Origin: an uncultured Lentisphaeria bacterium
GTDB taxonomy: Bacteria > Verrucomicrobiota > Lentisphaeria > Victivallales > Victivallaceae
NCBI GenBank assembly: GCA_903863035.1
Contig: CAIPAT010000167.1
Location: forward strand, 1,963-65,962
Reading direction: 5' to 3'
DNA length: 64,000 nt
Position 1 is the first letter of the stretch, and every line of letters begins with the position of its first letter. The notes beneath the pieces were generated by a model. It saw nothing but the letters and a program-made list of their open reading frames with translations. It was not told where the DNA came from and made no database searches. The translations under genes were made by a program, and so were the position numbers. Shown one piece after another: positions 47,451 to 54,980 of this stretch.

Positions 47451-50400
47451 TTACTTTGGCAGCTCGCTGGCCAGCAGCTTGCCGTTATGCGCCACGGCTC
47501 CCGGATATTTATCACGGATTTCCTGGTACAGTTTCTCCGCTTCCTGAATTTTGCCGCTTTGGCGGCAGTATCCGGCCAGGTAGAATCGCGCATAGGCGCC
47601 GACCTGAACGCCGTCGCCATACCAGCAGTCGCTGTAATCAGCGATCGCCCGGCGGAGATAATCCTCCGCCTGTGGCCGGTCAGGGCACGTTTGACCCAGA
47701 TAAAGCATTGCGCAGCCGGTGCGGTTAGCCTGCGGATATTTACTGATAAGCTTTTTGAAGCCGTCCATAGCTTCCGGACTGTTAAATTTTTTACTGGCAG
47801 CCTGGTAAAGTCCCTCTATTTCGTTCAATTCCGACTCATTATAACGCTTTCTATCCTGTTCGTATCGCGCCAGAAACCGTTTTTTCCGATCCGCGCGCAT
47901 AAACAAATCATTCGAGTCGGATTGTGCCGCGGCCGGAGTTACAGTTGGCGGCGGTGCGATTGGAGCCGCGGGTGCCGGTTGCTGAATGGAAGGGACTTTT
48001 ACTGTACATATGCCTTTGACCAGCGGGGCCCAGTCCGGAACTTTGTCAATATAGGAATTGCGGGTTTGGATGGCGCCGGCCTTCAGCCCGGTAAAATTAA
48101 ATGTAATTGAGGGCTGAGCATTGTGTTGCAGAATTTTATCTTTGCTTGATGCTAAACTTACTTGCCCGGTGAATGTCCAGACCTTGTTATCCGGAAGTTC
48201 AAACGTGAAAGAGCTCGGAGCCCAGCAGTCACCCGTCTCGGCTTCAAGCGTTATTGTTCCGATCTCGGTAATATCTTTCGGACATTGCAGGACAAAGCTA
48301 TGAGAGCTGCCTCTGCTGATGGATTTGTCCTGGCAGAGAATATATTTCGGGTTGCTTTTATTAATCATGGCATACAATGTCAAGTGTTTCGTGTTAGCGG
48401 TTTTTTTGCGGGGGGTGGAAATTTTAATAATGATACTGTTTGCCGGCATGACGGCACTGTCTTTTTTATTTTCATCCTGCTCGGCCGGCTTTGCAGTTAG
48501 AGATTTATTTGCAGGCTCGGGCTTTTCCCATTCGCAGATGAACCCGTAGGTATTTTCACCGGGAGTTTTGTTATTGCAAACCATGCCGTCATAGCTGCCC
48601 CAGCGGTCTTTTCTGGCCACCGGAGAAAATGCCGCGTAATCCTTATTGTTTCCATCGCTGACCGGCTGGCCGGAGTCCCAGCGTGAAAATTTGAGCCGTT
48701 TACCGCTGCCGGCCCATCGCCAGTCTCCGGCTTTTTCTTGATCGGTGGCGCCGATGAAGATTACTCCGTCAATCTGCGAAACCTTCTCGTAAAGAAAACT
48801 GTTTTCGCCTGGAGTTTCGCTGCCGGCCAGATATCCGCCCATCTCTTCGCATCTTTTTTTCGCCACATTCCAGGATACATATTCGTTGAACAACCGGTAA
48901 TAATGCCCATTGTAGAACCATACCGGGAATTGTACTGCGGTTTTTGCTGTACTGACTGTGCTTACTGACTCCTCCGGCTCTTCTACGGTTCCGCAGACGA
49001 TGCGGAACCCGTATTTAGCGCATGGCTCCGAACGGTTGTCGCAGATGCTGCCGGCGCAGCGCAAATTTCCCGGCGGAGCATCGAAGGCGCCGCCGCGTAA
49101 AACCATCGCCGCCGCGTTGCTGTTGTCATCGGCTTCATCCTGACACCATTCCCAGGCATTGCCCAGCATGTCCGCCAGCGCGAAGCCGTTACAGCCTTTT
49201 TCGCCGTAAAAATCAACTGGAGATACAAATGTCCAGCGGTCCTCTTTGCCGCAATTAGCCTGGAAAGATTTTCCGTTCGGAAATTTGTCGCTGCCGGCTG
49301 CATTCAGCCTTCCTGCTGCATCACTCCAGTCATTGCCCCACCAGAATCTGGTTTCTGCTCTGCCGCCGCGACAGGCGTATTCCCACTCAGCCTCGGCGGG
49401 CAGGCGGTATTCCAACTCCTGCGGCATCCGGTCGGCCCGGCGTTCACTTTCCGTCAGCCATTGACAGAATGCAACGGCGTCATTCCATGAAACGCAGGTG
49501 ACCGGAAAGTTGTCTTGAAGCGGGTAACTGTAATTGGGGTCGCGCCAGCTTTTTTCCGGCATCCACATCCATTTGTTATGCTTCTGCCAGTCGAAACAAT
49601 AGGCGACTCCGCGTTTTTCAGCATCAGTACGATATCCGGTCGCGTCAATAAATTTGCGCCATTGGCCGACGGTGACTTTAGTCCGTCCTATCCAGAACGC
49701 ATCTTGTATCGCATTTTCGTCCGGTTCGCCGCTTTCAAGTTTTAACCTTTGAGCGTTAGTTTTGCCTTCCGGCCCGACGGCCCATTCCCGCTCCGCCTGG
49801 GTGCTGCCCATTATAAAACTGCCCGGACGGATGTACAGCAATTCCAGTCCGAGTTCCGGCACTGACCAGTTCACGTTTTTCACCGGCCCGGCGACTTGCT
49901 TGACGGGTTGCGGCACTGGAGTGTTTTGAGCTTTAAATTCAACTGCTTTATTCCAGGCCGGCGCAGTGGCGAAGACTGTACCGGGAACCGGGGCTGCCAG
50001 TACCACGCGAAAGCCTATCTCCGGGCTCTTGCGCTCAGGCGCAGCGGACCCGTGGTAGCCCGGAGGTTTGCTGTTTAAGTAACCGCCGCCGCAGGCCACC
50101 CGGATTTTGCCGGGCACAATATTGACGGGATCAACAGCCGCCACCGTGCTGTAAGGACCATACCAATCCAGACATAATTCCCAAACATTGCCGGCCATGT
50201 CATAAATTCCTAGTTCATTCGGTAATTTAGTCCCGACTTCATGAGTAGTTTCGCCGGCATTACTCTTATGCCATGCGACAATATCAATATCATTGCCGCC
50301 GCAGTATTCATACCCTTTGCTTTTATTGCCGCCACGCGCGGCATATTCCCATTCCGCCGCCGTCGGCAGCCGGTACACATAGCCGTCCGGTAATTTTCCG

Positions 50401-52637
50401 GCACGCTGTGCCAGTTCAGTAAGTTTTTCACAAAAGTTTACGGACTCGCTCCATGAAGCACATTCTACCGGCAGCATTTTGCCATTACGCTGACTGGGAT
50501 TGCTGCCCATTATTTTCTCATATTCCTGTTGTGTTACTTCATATTTCCCGATCCATAATCCCCGGCTGATGGTAACTCGATGCTTGCTTTTACCTTCTCC
50601 CATCATGAACATGCCGGGCTCGACGTACACCATCTGCATATTCAGTTCCGGTACGGTGCTGTTGGGATTTTTATCCTCGCTTGCAATCGTTTTGACGTTT
50701 AGCGATGCGGCTTTAAGTTCAACCGCTTTATTTTCGACCGGTGCGGCGGCAGTCGCGCCTGGAATGAAAGCGGCCAGCGCCACGCGGAAACCTATCGCCG
50801 GGTGTTTATTCTCCGGCGCGGTATACGAGCGGGCTCCCGGAAAACTGTTGTTTGTGTAGCCGCCGCCGCACATAACCCGGTTTTTGCCGGGTACAACATT
50901 GACGGGGTCAACGGCCTCGGCAGTACTGTAAGCACCATACCAGTCCAGGCATAATTCCCACACGTTTCCGGACATATCATAAATCCCGAGCTCATTCGGA
51001 GGTTTGGTCCCGACTTCATGAGTTGTTCCGCCGGCATTATTCTTATTCCAGGATACAATGTCAATATTGTTGTCGCCGCTGTAGAGATAATTTTTGCTTT
51101 TATTGCCGCCGCGCACAGCATATTCCCATTCTGCTTGAGTCGGCAGCCGATAGACGCAGCTTTCCGGCAACCTTCCGGCTTTACGTTCGCGTTCAGTAAG
51201 TTTTGCACAAAAATCTGCCGCGTCGTTCCAGGAAATATACTCCACCGGCAGCTTGTCTCCTTTACTCACACTGGGATTGCCGCCCATTAGTTTTTGATAT
51301 TCCTGCTGCGTTACTTCATATTTGCCGATCCATGAATTCCGGCTGATGGAGACTCGATGTTTACTTTTGCCCTCTCCCATCATGAAAGTACCGGGTTCAA
51401 CATATATCAGCTGCATGTTCAGTTCCGGCACAGTCCAGTTGTAATTTTTTACCGGTTGCTGTATCGGCGGATCCGATGGAATGGTGTCACCGTCTGCTAT
51501 TCTCTGCTCTTGAACAGTTTGATTGACCGAATTGGCGGGTTTTTGGGTTGATGGCACGGCAGTATTCGCGGCCGCCGGATGATTGGCTTTGCCGCCGCCG
51601 GATACCATGATAGTAACGTTTTTTTGAATCCGGTCTTTCAGCATAAATAATCCACCCAGCACGAATAGTCCGCCCAGGATAATTATAACAATCACGATAA
51701 TGGCGGCAGCGGCCATTTTCTTTGCCATTGGCGTTTGCGGCAGGCCGGCAGCTGGCTTGCTGTTTTTCTGCCGTTCAAGTTTTTCCTCGCCGTTGGCGGC
51801 CGCCATGAGCAGTTGCCGGAATTCATCAATGCTGCCGATCCGCTCGGCCGGGTTTTTGCAGCAGGCCATGCAGATGACCTGATTCAGGCGTTTACTGAGC
51901 CCGAAGCTGATGGATTCCGGCAGTAACGGAAATTCGTCAGGCGGCAGTCCGGTCAACGCGCAATACATGACTTTACCGAGGGCATAGATATCGTACTGAC
52001 AGTTTTTGTCGGCTGAAGAACCATTTTCGCCGAGCAGCTCTTCCGGTGGAATGAACCCGACGGTCCCGGCCAGGCTCATGCTGGCGTCCCGCTGTGCCAC
52101 AAACCCGATATCGCTCAGCTTCGGCACACCGTTGATAAAGATGATATTTGCCGGTTTAATATCGCGGTGAATCAGCCCGGCCTCGTGCAGTGCGCCAGTT
52201 CCGTTCAACAGATGCTGGATCAGTATTACCAGCTGGTCGGACGCAAACGGCCCGTTCGCTGCGAGCCGGTCAGCCAGAGTATCTGCATAATACGGCTTGC
52301 CCGGCTCGGCGAGATTGTCGGCCAGTTCCATGGTGTAAAAGAAATACTGTTCGTCTTCGCCGACGTGCATAATCTGGATCAGATTTTGGTGGGAACTGAT
52401 TGTCCGGCAGTAGTTTTTGATGCCGTTGAATTCGCGCTGCCAGCCGGTGCCGTATATTTTCTTTGAAACTATTTTAATGGCCAGTCGCCGTCCGCTGATA
52501 TCCTCCGCCTGCCAGACTTCGCCGTATGCGCCGCAGCCGCAGTATTCGCGCAATATATAATCATGGAATTGCTGGTCGGTCGCAAATGCGCCCAGAAAAC
52601 CAGATCCAAAATGTTTTTTATTCTCGTTCTCGTCCAT
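47451..52637 (-). CDS. Giant membrane Ser/Thr protein kinase with three FGE-sulfatase (SUMF1/EgtB-type) domains, a C-type lectin domain and a TPR-like C-terminus
   Basis: 1728 aa. The kinase spans aa ~25-285 (AIKIV, HRDIKPANIIF, SDIGF, GTVGFIPPE) and the TM helix aa ~308-333. FGE-type domains lie at aa ~400-622, ~659-880 and ~922-1215 (RLPT.AEWEYA.RGG, GN.WEW). The C-type lectin spans aa ~1236-1372 (W..A...CEEMGGYLA ... FIGATD ... GFICEW). A helical-repeat tail follows. Confidence 0.9.
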   Translation of the reverse strand: MDENENKKHFGSGFLGAFATDQQFHDYILREYCGCGAYGEVWQAEDISGRRLAIKIVSKKIYGTGWQREFNGIKNYCRTISSHQNLIQIMHVGEDEQYFFYTMELADNLAEPGKPYYADTLADRLAANGPFASDQLVILIQHLLNGTGALHEAGLIHRDIKPANIIFINGVPKLSDIGFVAQRDASMSLAGTVGFIPPEELLGENGSSADKNCQYDIYALGKVMYCALTGLPPDEFPLLPESISFGLSKRLNQVICMACCKNPAERIGSIDEFRQLLMAAANGEEKLERQKNSKPAAGLPQTPMAKKMAAAAIIVIVIIILGGLFVLGGLFMLKDRIQKNVTIMVSGGGKANHPAAANTAVPSTQKPANSVNQTVQEQRIADGDTIPSDPPIQQPVKNYNWTVPELNMQLIYVEPGTFMMGEGKSKHRVSISRNSWIGKYEVTQQEYQKLMGGNPSVSKGDKLPVEYISWNDAADFCAKLTERERKAGRLPESCVYRLPTQAEWEYAVRGGNKSKNYLYSGDNNIDIVSWNKNNAGGTTHEVGTKPPNELGIYDMSGNVWELCLDWYGAYSTAEAVDPVNVVPGKNRVMCGGGYTNNSFPGARSYTAPENKHPAIGFRVALAAFIPGATAAAPVENKAVELKAASLNVKTIASEDKNPNSTVPELNMQMVYVEPGMFMMGEGKSKHRVTISRGLWIGKYEVTQQEYEKIMGSNPSQRNGKMLPVECASWSESVNFCEKLTELAQRAGKLPDGYVYRLPTAAEWEYAARGGNKSKGYEYCGGNDIDIVAWHKSNAGETTHEVGTKLPNELGIYDMAGNVWELCLDWYGPYSTVAAVDPVNIVPGKIRVACGGGYLNSKPPGYHGSAAPERKSPEIGFRVVLAAPVPGTVFATAPAWNKAVEFKAQNTPVPQPVKQVAGPVKNVNWSVPELGLELLYIRPGSFIMGSTQAEREWAVGPEGKTNAQRLKLESGEPDENAIQDAFWIGRTKVTVGQWRKFIDATGYRTDAEKRGVAYCFDWQKHNKWMWMPEKSWRDPNYSYPLQDNFPVTCVSWNDAVAFCQWLTESERRADRMPQELEYRLPAEAEWEYACRGGRAETRFWWGNDWSDAAGRLNAAGSDKFPNGKSFQANCGKEDRWTFVSPVDFYGEKGCNGFALADMLGNAWEWCQDEADDNSNAAAMVLRGGAFDAPPGNLRCAGSICDNRSEPCAKYGFRIVCGTVEEPEESVSTVSTAKTAVQFPVWFYNGHYYRLFNEYVSWNVAKKRCEEMGGYLAGSETPGENSFLYEKVSQIDGVIFIGATDQEKAGDWRWAGSGKRLKFSRWDSGQPVSDGNNKDYAAFSPVARKDRWGSYDGMVCNNKTPGENTYGFICEWEKPEPANKSLTAKPAEQDENKKDSAVMPANSIIIKISTPRKKTANTKHLTLYAMINKSNPKYILCQDKSISRGSSHSFVLQCPKDITEIGTITLEAETGDCWAPSSFTFELPDNKVWTFTGQVSLASSKDKILQHNAQPSITFNFTGLKAGAIQTRNSYIDKVPDWAPLVKGICTVKVPSIQQPAPAAPIAPPPTVTPAAAQSDSNDLFMRADRKKRFLARYEQDRKRYNESELNEIEGLYQAASKKFNSPEAMDGFKKLISKYPQANRTGCAMLYLGQTCPDRPQAEDYLRRAIADYSDCWYGDGVQVGAYARFYLAGYCRQSGKIQEAEKLYQEIRDKYPGAVAHNGKLLASELPK

Positions 52638-52661
52638 AAAGCCACATCCTCAATAGTAAAT

Positions 52662-52895
52662 TTAGCAATCATTTTCCGGAAAGCGGTTTAATTTATTTGC
52701 CTCTCCGGCGGCTTGTTTCAAACGGTCCAGTTTGCCGCGCAATTCGTCCAGCAAGGCATCGTCCTCTTTCAGGGAATCTAATAGTTTATGGCAGGAACGG
52801 CAGAATTTCAAATGTTCCGAGCATATAATTCTGGAAAACAGGTTCATGTCGCCGTTCCTGTAGCAGTCTAATTCTTCGCGAGTGTAATGTTTCAT
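52662..52895 (-). CDS. Small zf-HC2-type anti-sigma factor (no TM segment)
   Basis: It starts at the ATG at 52895 (MKHYTREELDCYRNGD...), which overlaps the sigma-gene stop as ATGA. The H-x3-C-x2-C motif is HLKFCRSC. Confidence 0.6.
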   Translation of the reverse strand: MKHYTREELDCYRNGDMNLFSRIICSEHLKFCRSCHKLLDSLKEDDALLDELRGKLDRLKQAAGEANKLNRFPENDC

Positions 52896-53458
52896 AGTTC
52901 TGCCTCCAGATCGGAGATAATTTTCTTCAGCAGTTCCATGCACCGGTTTTTAGCGATGTAAACCGCATTGACCGAAATATCCAGAAATTTTGCCGCCTCT
53001 GCGCTGGTTTTACGGTGCAGTCCATAGAGGATAAATGCTTGATAAGTGGCCGGTTCAACGTAATCTTTCAGTTCCGACATGGCCATTTTCATCAGGTGGG
53101 CCCGCCACTCTTCGCGCCATGCCTGTTCCAGCACGTTAATCTGTGAAAAATCGTTGTCGCAAAGCGGCACTTCCTGGTTGATGCGCTTGCGCAGAATGCG
53201 GGCGATCTGGTTGCTGATGATCTTTTTGATGTAATCGCGGAACCGCCCCTTGCTCCGATCATACAGAAATTCCCGGCTGCCTTTAAAAATTTCGGACATG
53301 ACGATCTGCACCAGGTCTTCCTTCTCGGTCGGCTTCAGGGCAAAATCCTGTCCCCGCAACAGGATCAGCGGCCGGTAAGCCGAGTAAAATTCATCCCAGG
53401 AGATTTCATCACCCTCCCTGATTTTTGCCAGCAGGCTTTTGCGTGTCGTAAATGCCAT
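52892..53458 (-). CDS. ECF-type RNA polymerase sigma-70 family factor
   Basis: It has a region 2-like DLVQIVMSEIFKG and a region 4 HTH SAEAAKFLDISVNAVYIAKNRCMELLKK. I prefer the ATG at 53458 (GGAGA upstream) over the TTG at 53473 in the ORF track. Confidence 0.85.
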   Translation of the reverse strand: MAFTTRKSLLAKIREGDEISWDEFYSAYRPLILLRGQDFALKPTEKEDLVQIVMSEIFKGSREFLYDRSKGRFRDYIKKIISNQIARILRKRINQEVPLCDNDFSQINVLEQAWREEWRAHLMKMAMSELKDYVEPATYQAFILYGLHRKTSAEAAKFLDISVNAVYIAKNRCMELLKKIISDLEAEL

Positions 53459-53737
53459 ATTTCTCCGTCTCAATTAATCTTTCACTATATACTAATTGGC
53501 ACGTCATTCCATATTTCTTTCACCATTTTTAATTTTTTTTGAAGAAAAATGCAAATAGAAGCTGGTTCCCGATAAGTTAACCCTTTTCTTGAGCGTATCG
53601 TGCAGACATCCGGCAATCCGGAATTGAAGCTGCTCGTTCCGGATGATTTCATTCGCAAAATCTTGGCAATCTATTTAAAAATTTTAACTTTAGAGAGAAT
53701 AATCGCAACCGGCAAAGATTTAACCAGCGCTGGATCT

Positions 53738-54394
53738 CTATTTTGCGGGCTCGGCATACATGGCCGGCTTGTCGGATAGACGTTTCTGCTTAATCAGGGA
53801 AGCGTATTGCTTGGCGTCAATGTCGCGGGGGCCGCCGGGCGGGGGATTGCCGGCGGCGGCGCCGGAAGTTGACGGCAGATCGGCTGCAGGCGTCTGTTTC
53901 GAGGGCGTACCGATCAGTTTCCCGAAAGCGTCGCCGGCTTTTTCCAGCGTTTTGGCAATGCCTTTGGAACTGTATGTCGCACCGGTCACCGCTTCGGTAT
54001 CGCCAATGCCCGGCTGAAAAATATCTTTATCGAGATAGCGGTCTTTTTTCTGGATTGCCTTGTTGAGATATTGGGGGGTCTCGGAATGTTTGATTATCTG
54101 GAAATTTCTCAAGACGCCGGCGGCGGACACATAGACCAGCATTTGGATCGGACCGTGAAACCCCTGGACGTCATGGACAAAATCACCGGTATCAAAAATA
54201 TATCCGGAAATCTTCCCGGCCTTGTCTTTCAATTCATAAAAGGCCTTGCCGTCAACTTTGCGGATTGCCGGAGCAAAGTGATTACTGCCGGTAATTTTAT
54301 GGATGTCATCGGTTGAAAGCGGTTTAATTTCAGCGGATGACAAAACTGCCATTGCCAAAACCATTCCCAAAATCAGAGTTATTTTTCTTATCAT
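53738..54394 (-). CDS. Exported FMN-binding domain protein (FMN_bind; flavinylation-type motif)
   Basis: 218 aa. It has the signal peptide MIRKITLILGMVLAMAVLSSA and EAVTGATYSSKGI, which matches the [S/T]GA[S/T] FMN-attachment motif of RnfG/NqrC-type domains. The tail is Pro/Gly-rich. Confidence 0.8.
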   Translation of the reverse strand: MIRKITLILGMVLAMAVLSSAEIKPLSTDDIHKITGSNHFAPAIRKVDGKAFYELKDKAGKISGYIFDTGDFVHDVQGFHGPIQMLVYVSAAGVLRNFQIIKHSETPQYLNKAIQKKDRYLDKDIFQPGIGDTEAVTGATYSSKGIAKTLEKAGDAFGKLIGTPSKQTPAADLPSTSGAAAGNPPPGGPRDIDAKQYASLIKQKRLSDKPAMYAEPAK

Positions 54395-54424
54395 TTTTTT
54401 ATCTCTCAGTTAAAAGTTATGATA

Positions 54425-54697
54425 TACTCTGCACGGCTGAAAATTTAACATAGATTGCGAAGATTTTGAGAATTGGTTCGTATTCTGAAAGGCTGCCGAT
54501 ACCGGGGTATCGAAGGCCTCGAAGAGTGCGAATCCAAAATCGAAAGATCGCAATCCAGCAATTGCTGGGCGAGCACCTTGCACCCGTCTTTTTCCGTTCC
54601 TCCTTCATGCGATGCGGGTATCGCCTGTCAGTAGGATCGAAAAAATCCAAACCACAATCCTGCTCGTCTATTCTTAAATTTTCAACCGTGCAGAGTA
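54425..54697 (+). mobile_element. MITE copy C (complete, 273 bp)
   Basis: The TIRs are tactctgcacggctgaaaattt ... aaattttcaaccgtgcagagta. TA flanks lie at 54423-24 and 54698-99. It sits between the FMN-binding gene and the spermidine-synthase-like gene. Confidence 0.8.
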
Positions 54698-54980
54698 TAA
54701 TATACTATGATGGAAACGATAAATCCATAAGTCGCAAGCAGAATGGTACTAAAATTAATCACTGCGGCAACAACCGGCTCGTTAACACATAGAAATCATT
54801 TTATTAAAATAGTAAGGAGCTGTCAAGAAATAAACTTGACAAGTCTCGCGAAATATCCCGAAGAGATTTTGGGAATTGCCGGTAAGGCGCATACCTGAAG
54901 GTATGTAACGAACCGGCAAATACAAAGGCATTCGGGAGAAGCGCGAAGATGTAAAGGTTATTTCTTTACGGCTCCTAAGT

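Noticed and set aside
53459-53737. Autoregulated ECF-type promoter (GGAAC ... CGT) upstream of the sigma gene
   Set aside because: Several GGAAC-like words occur on the minus strand, but none has a convincing -10 partner at 16-17 nt. This is not supportable without a motif model.
54425-54697. Interpretation of the repeated structured element as an IS110 bridge RNA, an IS200/IS605 omega-RNA or a retron ncRNA
   Set aside because: The element has classical terminal inverted repeats and TA flanks. No recombinase, TnpB, IscB or reverse transcriptase gene lies next to any of the five copies. A MITE is the simpler explanation, and the RNA-structure idea is kept only as a separate testable finding.
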